Part shown: one piece after another, positions 14,014 through 27,224 of the stretch | Position numbering within the stretch: the stretch's first letter is position 1 | Layout of the letters: each line of letters begins with the position of its first letter | From: Eledone cirrhosa | Taxonomy: Eukaryota | DNA length: 64,000 bases | Direction of reading: 5' to 3' | Assembly (NCBI GenBank): GCA_964016885.1 | Contig: OZ024744.1 | Coordinates: 88,970,001-89,034,000 of the forward strand | The notes under the pieces: model-generated | Told to the model about the DNA's origin: nothing | What the model saw: the letters and a program-made list of their open reading frames with translations, nothing else | Databases searched by the model: none | Position numbers and translations under genes: made by a program

Positions 14014-14135
14014 TGATTTTTAATGCGATGAAATACCAATAATCGTTGGCAAATCACTGATGAGGGACTCATTTTATAACTTGAAATCCATGTGCAACCA
14101 TGCAGTATTCTTCTCCCCATATTTTTCATACATAT
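14014..14135 (+). mobile_element. 5'-truncated copy of permuted-hammerhead subfamily A
   Basis: Begins tgatttttaatgcgatgaaatacc directly after (TA)n. Confidence 0.8.
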
Positions 14136-14142
14136 ATATAGT

Positions 14143-14322
14143 AATTGTTTCTACTTTAGGCACAAGGCCAGCAATTACCCAGTACATTACTGGTACTTCA
14201 TTTTATCGACCCCGTAAGGATAAAAGGCAAAGTTAACCTCGGCGGGATTTGAACTCAGATCATAAAGGGACGTAACTCTATGCTTCAAAGCATGGTGTCC
14301 GACTCTCTACCGATACTGCCAA
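14143..14322 (-). mobile_element. tRNA-derived SINE
   Basis: Reverse complement of the family consensus. Confidence 0.9.
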
Positions 14323-14361
14323 CCTCATAATGACGTATATTTATTTGAACGCTATTAGTTT

Positions 14362-17300
14362 GTTTTTTTTTAAGAAGAAACGTAATTTATTATTGTACAA
14401 AATATAATTTAGAGAAATATCAGATGAAAGAATGGTATTTAACTAATGTAATGGTACGCGATGGGGCCCACCCACATACCCCGGCGGACAGAATGGAGAA
14501 GGCGTTTCCCCGGATGAGGCAAGGGAGACGCGCTGGAAAAGCCACTCCAACTCGCGGGGCTCACACCTGCGGGTGGCCAGCTCAGCGCCTATGGTGGTGA
14601 GTAAGGAAGTAGCCCTGGAGCCGAGGACACCAGAAGTCTCCACTGCCAGGAGTACAACCGCAAACCTGTCGGAGAGAGACAGGTATTTGAGGAGTTTGGC
14701 CCCCTCAGCCCGACTTGCAGCAGAACCTGGGTCAGTCGCAGACTGCACCAGGTTGCGGCTGCAGAAAGTGTCAGTGCAAGTGGCATCCCAGACGAGGGGT
14801 TTGCCACCGCGGAACGGGAAGATGGTCATGCCATCTGGCCTTTTGCCGTCCCCTCGGTCCAGCCACACCGGCTCGACCTGGGAAGGGAAGCCTGCAGAGT
14901 CTAAGCCATGCTTAATGACCTCGTTGAGGGCAGCATGGCGTGGAATGCGGGCGGCACTGTGGAGACAGGAAAGCGGGTGGAGGCCGAAAGAGTCCACGGT
15001 GGGACCGCAGCGACATTGGTGTGGCTGGCAGATCCGGAGGCCAAGCCTCAGGGAAACGCCGATTCGCAGGCTATGGTTTTCTATCTGCGTGCCAGTCGAG
15101 AAGGAGGGCAGGTCAATGAGCCAGGCACCACTGTGGGGTTTAGAGGTCGCACGAAAACAAGCAAGGCGGTGTTGGTCGAGCTGGCGCCTGAGCCTGTCTG
15201 AAGCCAGGCTGCAGTGGATGGCATCCCAAGTGCGTTGGGGGGACTTGACGTCAACAGGAGGAGAAGGAGGAGGGAAGTCTACTGAGCTAAGTCCCAGCCG
15301 GTCCCACGTCTCACAGGCGGCCACACGTTCTCTGAACACAGAGGGTTCTGTTCTGTTTTGAAGAACCCTGCTGACGAGGACGCGGCACAAGGTTACCGAC
15401 GAAAGATACGCCAGCAAAGCTAGTGAGATCGGGGACCGGAGGCCAAGGCCGCTATACCTGACCGGTAAATTGGCCTGTTGCCAACCTATGTCGTCAAACT
15501 TGACGTTGCATATCCCCTCGGCTGCTGCTCGGATACAAGTATCGAGGTCAGCGAGGAGAGATGTCTGGGTGTAGCATGGAGCGCTGCAGTGTATATAGAG
15601 GAGCTTCGGCATGGCGAAGCAGTTCCTCAGCAGAAAGAGAGCTGGGTGGCCGTCAATCAAGCCCAGTCGGCTCGTGAGAGTCTGGAGCTGTTGAAGCCTG
15701 GACCTGATGGTGGAGCGGATGGCCGGCGAGTGGATCGGTGACCCGAGGATGAGGACATCCTCTTTGGGGGGTCACCTGAACCTGGCGGAGAATGGACCGC
15801 AGCATCGAGGCTGACGTTCACCACCTCCAACTTGGCCGAATTGACCTGGAGGCCGATTCCCCCCAGGGCAGGAATCACCGATTGAAGGTCATGGCAGACC
15901 GTCCGTATGGGCCCGCCCAACGTAGCATCATCCAGATACCAAACGTTGAGAGGGGCCGTGATACTCCGGGCGATGTGGTCAATACGAAGGGCAAACAGGA
16001 GGGGTCCCAAAGGGTCGCCCTGTTGGACCCCAGTAGCCGAGGGTATGACCGTATCAGCAGCTAGGAGCATGCTCGAGGCTCCATATGACAGGTAGGCCAG
16101 CGTGTAGGCAGAGGGGGGTCGGCTTAGGCAGGCCTCGAGCAGATGATCCCGGCGTAAAGATTTAAAGGCATTCGTCATGTCAAGCTTGACAATGAGGCGC
16201 CTGGAGTCCCTGGATGCCGGTACCGATGGGCAGCTGCTGAAGAACTGCCTGATTGCATGAGAGGCTCCCTCACAGCCACCGGACACGCCGACATCCAGTT
16301 GCACCGGACTAAATTCCTCACCCAGTTCGTGTGTGACGGACTTGCAGATCACCTTGGCAGCCAGCCTCCGGAAGACGTTGCCCACAGCAATGGGGCATTT
16401 GCTACCCTCTTTCTTCCTGAGAGCGGTGAGGCTGGCTGAACAAAAGGGGCCTCGGGCGTAAGGGTCGAGGGCACAATGAATGAGCCTATTGGTGAGCGCC
16501 ACAATTGCACTCAGAAGGCGACGCCCGGCCAGAGCGGAGAGGGGGGATGTCAACTCCTTGAGGTGGCCTGGTCGGAGACCACCAACACCTCTGCAGCTGC
16601 TAGCTGGGAAGGACCTGATGGCGGCCATGATATCTGCATCAGTAGCCACAAGGAGCAAGTGGGGATCGGGTGGGAGTATGGGTCTGAGATCAGTCGGTGG
16701 TTCAGTGTGTTTGAGCCGCAGAGCAGCCAGGACCTCCTCGGTGGGTTGGAGGACAGTGTCCTCTGAGGCAACAACACTGACTGCGGCCAAGACATCACCC
16801 ATGATAAGCTTTGCGTTTACCTGGTCAAACGCTTGGCGCTGGCCTTGGGGGTGGAGGATAGGGGGTACCTGAGGCTGGGGTGTGTGTCGTCCCTAGGCAC
16901 GCTTGGAATGGCGCTCGCCCAAATGACGAGACATTGGCCTTGACGAAGGCTGCTGTTGACCGGCCGCGGTCAGCGCCAGAGCTGGGGAGGCCGAGGGCAA
17001 GTGGGGCGAAATAGAACAGCCGCTCCCAGTCACTGGCTCGATAGGAGTGCAGGGCGCTCTCAATCGCGGAAGCGAGGGCATCGGCTACCGGCACCCATGC
17101 CACTCTCGGGATCCTGAATGGGATCTTCCGGAGCCACCTGAGCCGAGCGATGTTGACCAGCGAGGCTCGGGCGCCAGGCAAGCTCGCTGTCCCATCTGGT
17201 GGTGTGCCAGACGGCCGTGGCTGGGAAGACGTGGGAAAGGGGCAGCTCCTGCACCTCCACGCTGCGAGAGCATTGGAAGCTCGACGAGTCAAGCCAACGC

Positions 17301-17400
17301 AGGTGAGGTGGTGGAAGCAGCCGCACCCTAAACAGTTCCGGCCCCTCTTCCGTTTGTTATTATCCTCGCTTTTGTTTTCATTCATTGCCAGGGAACGTCT
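14362..17400 (-). mobile_element. CRE-clade non-LTR retrotransposon (PHD-like finger, RT, zinc knuckle, REL endonuclease), frameshifted
   Basis: ORF 16825..17385 has C..C..FHHLTCVGL..WRCRSC. ORF 15657..16802 has PIAVGNVFRRL, LDMTNAF, GVQQGDPLGP and WYLDD. ORF 14443..15660 has CRCG..HPLSC..RHAALN..EP..DGKRPDG..WD. A short A-tail lies at about 14362-14371. Confidence 0.88.
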
Positions 17401-17401
17401 C

Positions 17402-17664
<263 letters not shown>

Positions 17665-17704
17665 TGTTAGAAGGTAAGCGGACATAATGAAAAGATGAAA
17701 AGTT

Positions 17705-17816
17705 TCTCTTCGTCAGCTTTTTACTACGGATCATGGATGTTTCTGCGCATTATAAACAGCACATCGATCCGTAGCGCGCCCCTGGCCTTTTGTCTATTAA
17801 AAGGCCACGAGGGAAA
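17705..17816 (-). ncRNA. Putative permuted hammerhead, most divergent subfamily D (probably inactive, GUG at the cleavage site)
   Basis: GCGCG CTACGG ATC GATGT G CTGTTTA TAA TGCGC A GAA ACATC CATGAT CCGTAG TAAAAAG CTGACGA aligns without gaps (70 nt) to subfamilies A-C. Confidence 0.65.
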
Positions 17817-18224
17817 GAAGTGATAGCGAAGAGCGAGGGAGAAAGAAAAAGGGAAGAAGGAAAAAATGAAGTAAATATGCCGATAGAAAGGCGAACACAG
17901 GATAATGGCACATGTATGTGAGTAACCGAAGAGAAAATAGATCAAGTTTAACCAAGCCCATTTGCCATAATTACGGTGAGCAGGTAATTCTGTGGCGATT
18001 CTCAGTAAAGTGAGGGTAGAGAGAGAAAAAGACGGAGAAACCGGAAGTGAGAATAGTAGAGGACAGAGGGGGAGAGTAAGAGTGATAGAGGGAGAGGAGG
18101 AGGAGAAGGGAAAGGGAGTCAATCCAAAAGGGTTTGTGTTTACGACGCACGTGCGTCCGACGCCGAAAAATAATTTAATGGATAGAGAGGAAGAGAGAGA
18201 GGGGGAGAGAGAGAGAGAAGAGAT

Positions 18225-18259
<35 letters not shown>

Positions 18260-18349
18260 GAGATGGTGGGGGGAATAAGTCCGACGTGGAACAACAAATC
18301 GAGCGAGACAGGTAGAGAAGATGTCACCGCAGTAAATATATATATATAT

Positions 18350-19090
18350 GAATTTGTTTTGCAAGGTTTTTGATATAAAATCGTGTGTCGAAACAAATAT
18401 TGTTATACTAGGGGAGGATCATATTGTTATAATATTGCCAGAAATAATAACAGAACACACTCACTGTTTGGTTGGTTTTCGCTTCAGTATCTTTTATATC
18501 GCCATAGTTAATTCATTTGGCAATCAATGTTCTTTGACTGACCAACGGTTAAAAATACAGATATAAATATATATATATAGTCCATCAAAGTTCTTTCGTC
18601 GCACATCTGCAACATCATCAGTGGTATTATTATGTTTCCTCTCATTGTATTGTATTGTATTGTACCTTAATGTCTACGCCATCTTTATTTTAATTTATTT
18701 ATTTATTTATTCTTGTCTCTGTCTCTGTGCATGCGTTTGCGTGTGTGTATAATGTTTGGTCTGTGTGTTCGCGTTTGAGTGTATGTGTTTTTGTTTTTGT
18801 ATTCTATCTTTGTTCACTAGTGTGTGTTTATATGTGTTTGTTGTTATTGTACTTGTGTATATATTTATTTATTTATATTTCCCTTAAGTCAGTATTGTTT
18901 GTTTGGGTATGGGTGTTGTTGTTATTCCATTCAGTGTTTCTGTTCAACTTCGGTCTTCTTAGTTCTATCTCAGTTGCTTCTCTGATTTGCCTACCGGTTG
19001 AGTTTCTATACTTAGATATTATTTTAATTTCTATGTTGTCTATATTACCGTCATGTTCTTGTCTGGCGTTTTCGTATAGTACTGAACCGT
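18350..19090 (-). mobile_element. Penelope-like element 3' end (GIY-YIG C-terminus, 3' UTR, HHR-bearing terminal repeat)
   Basis: Reverse strand SVLYENARQEHDGNIDNIEIKIISKYRNSTGRQIREATEIELRRPKLN, and CTGATGA-tgttgca gatg tgcgac-GAAAG at about 18585-18625. Confidence 0.75.
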
Positions 19091-21189
19091 TTTTTGTTGC
19101 TTTTTTTTTTTTGTCCTAATGAACCGTTTTTGTTTTTTTTTGTATATATATAAACGAAAGATTAACAAGGATTTTAATTAGGGCATTTAATAGATTTATT
19201 AAATGTAAAATTTATCAGGCGGAAGTATTCAAAATTATTTCTTTTAAAATTATCCTATTCAACTAAAACAAAATGAGATAATCCCTTTTTGTCCACACAC
19301 AATTTTTCCCTCTTTCTTTTAAGATAATCCACGACCCTCCTTTTATATACCTATTGGCATCCTTTTTTAAAGTATTTTATCAACACCTTGAATATCAGTT
19401 TTATACCCTACCTTTAAGTCGACCATTTTGTAGAATTTGTATCCCTTACCACTCTTACTTAGGTGTTTATATTCAATAAAATAATTATTTTATAATTCTT
19501 AAATCCACACGATATTATATTCACAGTTTTATTCTTTTCCCTCTGTAAGTACATCATACGTTGTTATACGGTTCTTCGTCAGTACACCTTCACTTTATTA
19601 CTGTTGTATTGCTTCCATACATTTTTAATGCCTTCTTATTGATATTCTATTAATATTAATTCTATAACTTCACTTACTAAGTCTAATAGAATGTATAAGC
19701 TCTGTTTGTATACCTCTAGTTTTATTTAGTGCGTAGTATATTTTCTACCAAAACATTGTAGTTCGTAAAATATATATAACTATTGAATGTTAGTTTTTAT
19801 TACGTCTTTAAGCTTCCATAATTTTTTTAATATTTTTACTGCAATATTTCAATATTATTGTTTACGTTCTAGAATATGTCAGGTATTTATTTATTCGGAT
19901 TTGGTCTATTATGACCATTCTTTCTGTTCCCACTCTAAACCGGTTATCCACTATGTAATGTACAATGTCCACTCTGATTTGCAGATTCGTATTTACAACG
20001 ATTTTTGTAACTTTATTGAGCGTGTGGAATGCGGCGAAGCTAAGCAAAATCTAAACGCCTGGTTCGTTGTAATTAATGTATATATATATATATATTATAA
20101 ATTACCCAATAATCAAAGCTATATTCAAATAAGTTTATTGCTGACAATCGTTTCTTCCAAACTTTCGTTTTGAATTATCGGAGCACTAACAAAATTTGGA
20201 CATATAATTAACTTCCTATTCAACTGAACAATCATATAGATACATGGATATTAATGTTGTCATCAACAGTTTCGTATTTACAGAGTGGAATGGATGTGAC
20301 AAAGATTACAAGAGAATTGTATAATAATTAAAGAGGCACAGAGCGGAATGCATGTGAGAGAGATTACAAGGGAATAGTATAATAATTAAAGAGGTAGAAA
20401 GTTACTCGTAAAACGAGGACACTAGCAGTACATATGCAAATGTATAGAGAGTGCAAATGCGTTAGGCATATACAGGACAGTTAGGCAGGAAATAAGCAAT
20501 GGTACTAGGCATATATAATTACTGTATGGCAAAGGTATCACATAAAATAATTTAGGTTTACAAGCATATCAAGCAGACAAAGATGTTTGTGTATTAAAAT
20601 TATGAGTTTATGGTGGATGTAGTGTGATAGTTGTTTCTGTAATGTTCAAATGTGCATGTGTTGAGAGTATTAATGTTATTGTTATCTTTTCCATTACATT
20701 GGTTATATTTTATTTTAGTGAATGTTTTCAATTAGTTAAGCTATGGATTGTATATTAGTTACAGCTATGGATTGTATATCCAGGGTTCGAGTTGTTCTGG
20801 GATGATTCTTCTGACGGTTTAATTTCCGGAAGTGAGTTTGAGATCTGTATTAAGGGGAGCTAATGTGAAAGGGGAGGTAATTAGCGATTAATTTGTATAT
20901 GATAGAAACAAATATAAAAAATGTATAGTTGTTTACAGCTCCAATTAGTTAATTCCTTGTGCTAATATACATTATATTGTGTTACAAGTGAATCCATTTT
21001 ATATAATGCTATTTATATTTAATCTTAAATCAATTTATTTTCCTATAATACATTAAAGGTCTCCTGATAGTGTTATCTATCCATTACTGAATAAAATATA
21101 AGTAAGGTATAGAAAAAATGCATAGTTGTTTACAGGTCCAATTAATTAAATCTCTTGTGTTATTAATATACATTATATTATGTTATAAG

Positions 21190-21360
21190 GGCGGTGAATT
21201 GGCAGTATCGGTAGAGGGTTGGTTGGACGCCATGCTTTCTAGCATAGTTACGTCCCTTTACATTCTGAGTTCAAATCCCGCCGAGGTTAACGGGGTCGAT
21301 AAAATAAAGTACCAGTAATGTACTGGGTAATTGCTTGCCTTGTGCCTAAAGTAGAAACAA
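21190..21360 (+). mobile_element. tRNA-derived SINE with 18-bp TSD
   Basis: attatattatgttataag at 21172-21189 and 21360-21377. Confidence 0.9.
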
Positions 21361-21403
21361 TTATATTATGTTATAAGTGAGTCGCTTATAATCAATAGAG
21401 TGA

Positions 21404-21575
21404 AATGGAGGACATTCCATTACGATAGAAATCGAACAGACAAAAACAAAGATGCAAACAATTTCGACTCTTACGGCTTTAAAACTTTTAAAAGCCCACC
21501 TCACATCACATCACTTACATCACCTTATTAAACTCTTTCGAAAATGATCTAATAAAACTAGTGAAGAACATAAGG
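21404..21575 (+). pseudogene. Penelope-like N-terminal ORF fragment
   Basis: Translates ...DSYGFKTFKSPP...LLNSFENDLIKLVKNI. Confidence 0.6.
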
Positions 21576-21989
21576 GACAGAAAACATCATAATTGATGAT
21601 GTAATTTGAATTTGTAAATTTGCCGGTTACATATATATGTTTTGAACAGTTTCCGGTGATCTAGTAGAGTTAACATCGTATTTAAAATTGAGTGGCACTG
21701 TTTTAGTGTTCAGCAATTTTTAGACAACTCTATCAGTGAAACAATTGTTAGACTGCAAATAAATCCCCTTTTTTGCACTGTTGACCATGTTATTCTCTAC
21801 TTTTTCAATTTTATTACTCCAAGATAAACTTACATAGAAATACAAGTGAAATCATAAACTCGTCATCTACATAAACGTCTTGTTGAGTCAAGCAAGGCCG
21901 TATGCTAAAACTATCCATAATAAGAAGTATTCACAACCTTTAATTGGATTACATTTAACGATATTTTGTTATCATTTATATATATACAG

Positions 21990-23325
<1,336 letters not shown>

Positions 23326-23339
23326 ATATATATATACAT

Positions 23340-24318
<979 letters not shown>

Positions 24319-24392
24319 GTACATATATATATATGTATATATATATATGTATATATATATATGTACATATATATATATGTATATATATATAT

Positions 24393-25237
24393 AATTTTCC
24401 ACGCAATACTTTTAGTTAGCACCCCGAACACATAATTGGGAATATAATCACCTATTTCCTAATCTTTGTTGAGGGAGTTGGAATTTGGCCGGAGTATCGC
24501 TAAAAAGCTTTCTCCAATATTGTATTTATTTACTTACTCTTGGCGCAGCAGATTTGAAAAAAATTCCCGGTATAAGGTTAGCATTTCTTTGTTTATTTTT
24601 TATATATGAATATTGATTGTTCCTCATATCTCATTCTGTTATTTTGCCCGAGAAAATATCTCTGTGTGTCATCAAATGTTGTACACACATAGATATTTTT
24701 TCAATTTCCAATTGAGTTCTTAGCACGTGGCCTGAATTCCTTTCAGAGTTCATTGTCACGCGCATGTATTGTTTTTTTTTGGCGGTAATTCACTTCCTCA
24801 TTTTTTGAATCAGTTCGAGCACTTCTTTCAGAACTGCTGGACTGGTAACCTGACGGATACCTCAGGCACAGAAAGTGATTATCGCTAAATGCTGATGTTG
24901 GTTAGATTATCAATATTAGTATTATTGGGGCACCCACTGATGAATTATAGGAGCCCACTTGAATATATATCTATTGATGGTATACAAGCTCCTACATAAA
25001 TTGGTATAATTTCACACAAATTGTAGGAATCCTATAATGAAACGAGACGTCCGTCTGGGAAGAGATATATTAGATATATCACATTTGAAATAATACAGCC
25101 AATTTTCCACGCAATACTTTTAGTTAGCACACCGAACACATAATTGGGAATATAATCACTTATTTCCTAATGTTTGTTGAGTGAGTTGGAATTTGGCCGG
25201 AGTATCGCTAAAAAGGTTTCTCCGATATTGTATTTAT
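24393..25237 (+). mobile_element. Non-coding element with ~135-bp direct terminal repeats (708-bp period) and an HHR
   Basis: 24393-24528 is repeated at 25101-25237, and the element is flanked by (TA)n. Confidence 0.8.
24933..25059 (+). ncRNA. Type I hammerhead with branched stem II
   Basis: ccca-CTGATGA-attatagga...tcctataat-GAAACG-agacgtc-CGTC-tggg. Confidence 0.75.
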
Positions 25238-25259
25238 ATGTATATATATATATATATAT

Positions 25260-25617
25260 AAAGAAAAAGAGATGAAATCGAAAATGCAACTGGAGTCTTA
25301 TTTTTTTTTTTAATATATATATTTATTTGGTTCCTTTACCGGTTTCGCAGTTCTTCTGCTTTTCAAAAGGTGAGTTGAGATGGAGGGTCTGTGGCTCCAT
25401 CTCAACTCACCTTTTGAGATGGAGCCACAGACCCTCCATCTCAACTCACCTTTTGAAAAGCAGAAGAACTGCGAAACCGGTAAAGGAACCAAATAAATAT
25501 ATATATTTTTTTTTTAAATAAGACTCCAGTTGCATTTTCGATTTCATCTCTTTTTCTTCATACTTTCACTCGTGTAGGACACCTCGATTATTTTTCATTT
25601 TGTAAAAAAAACCTCAC

Positions 25618-25625
<8 letters not shown>
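25260..25625. repeat. Palindromic solo PLE terminal repeat with a double fold-back centre
   Basis: 25260-25395 is the reverse complement of 25424-25558. Same family as the termini of the PLE at 49300-52290. Confidence 0.9.
25449..25486 (+). ncRNA. Minimal hammerhead with U3-A8 core variant
   Basis: cctt-TTGAAAA-gcag aagaa ctgc-GAAAC-cg-GTA-aagg; 6 copies in the window. Confidence 0.7.
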
Positions 25626-25693
<68 letters not shown>

Positions 25694-25740
25694 CGCTTTT
25701 TGCGTGTAGGGATATATACTTTATTATTATTATTCTCTCA

Positions 25741-25932
25741 GGGCCGTGGATTGGCAGTATCGGTAGAGGGTCGGACGCCATGCTTTTCAATTTAGTTACG
25801 TCCCTTTACGATCTGAGTTCAAATCCCGCCGTGGTTGACTTTGCCTTTCATCCTTACGGGATCGATAAAATAAAGTACCAGTAATGCACTGGGTTATTGC
25901 TGGCCTTGTGCCTAAAGTAGAAACAATTATTA
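25741..25932 (+). mobile_element. tRNA-derived SINE, full length
   Basis: Matches the family consensus. Confidence 0.9.
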
Positions 25933-26144
25933 TTATACTCCTCTTGGTCGAGAAAAAAATTGGTCGTTTTGACTGCTGCTATTTATAGTGGTAGTAGACT
26001 GACCTCCCTGCCTCTGCTTCTATCTTTACACACGGCACTGGACAGAATTGCTTCCACATCATTCATTCTCATCTCGGGAACAATTTTGAATAGCGCCAGT
26101 TCGTAATTTGAACTCGGGAATTTTATATTCTCCGAGTGAAAAGA

Positions 26145-26231
26145 ACCTTCTGACGAGAGTTTATCTTTTCAATGGAAGGACAAAAGGACCATCCATTTAT
26201 TTTTGAGACTCGAAACCGATTCGGTAAAGGT
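26145..26231 (+). ncRNA. Type I hammerhead ribozyme
   Basis: acctt-CTGACGA-gagttt...agactc-GAAACCG-att-CGGTA-aaggt; all three stems are intact. Confidence 0.8.
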
Positions 26232-26298
26232 AACCATAGTGTGTACAGTGAATTTTTTGAAATTTATTTTGAAACTTTTTCTTATTTGCTAAATCTTG

Positions 26299-26349
<51 letters not shown>

Positions 26350-26496
26350 CAGTATTATATATATTATATATATATATAGTACAGTATTGTTGAGACCTGG
26401 AAATGTATTCCTTGAGCTCATAAAATTACAGGAGATTAACACGAGTCTTTAACTCCGTTTTTTCAATTCTCTCTCTCAGTCTCTCTCCCTCACTCA

Positions 26497-26527
<31 letters not shown>

Positions 26528-26603
26528 TCTCTCTCTCTCTCTCTGCGCATGTGTATTCATACGGTTGTTTCTCCTTTTCCTGTTCCGTGCAAACATTCAC
26601 AGT

Positions 26604-26642
26604 CCGAGCTGAAGGTCCGCAAGGTGAAACATTTGTTCTTGG
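26604..26642 (+). ncRNA. Minimal hammerhead (A9G, possibly decayed)
   Basis: ccgag-CTGAAGG-tcc gcaa ggt-GAAAC-attt-GTT-cttgg. Confidence 0.55.
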
Positions 26643-26778
26643 TATGGTGAACTTACTGTTGTGTTACTACTTATATATATATATGCTCTGGTCACCTTTG
26701 ATCCATGGAGCGCTTGCCAGCATAACTCGGAAATTGCGTTTCGCTTATTTCTACCCGCCGAATTACGATTCTCGCTGA

Positions 26779-26865
<87 letters not shown>

Positions 26866-27224
26866 AGCTGACGGCCGTATGTATGTAACAAACTTTTTGC
26901 CAAACGGCTGGACCAAACAACACCAAATTTGTACCGTAGATGTAACTTTTTCCAAGTAAGAAAGTGAGGGTATCTTTGTCTACTAAATTTAGTTAAAAGA
27001 TTAAAGATATTTTATTGTTTATTTAAATATTTACTTCTTTAAAATTTTCAAATGTCAACACTTCCGGTTAGTGTTCTCTCTCTTTCTTATTCTGTCTTTC
27101 TAGATAGATACATAGCTATAACGTCGGGCCCTTATAATATCTGTCTGTATGTCTGGCTGTCTGCATTACGAAAACCATTCTGTACATTGACTTTGCTGTG
27201 TGTGTGTATTTATAGCATGTATAT

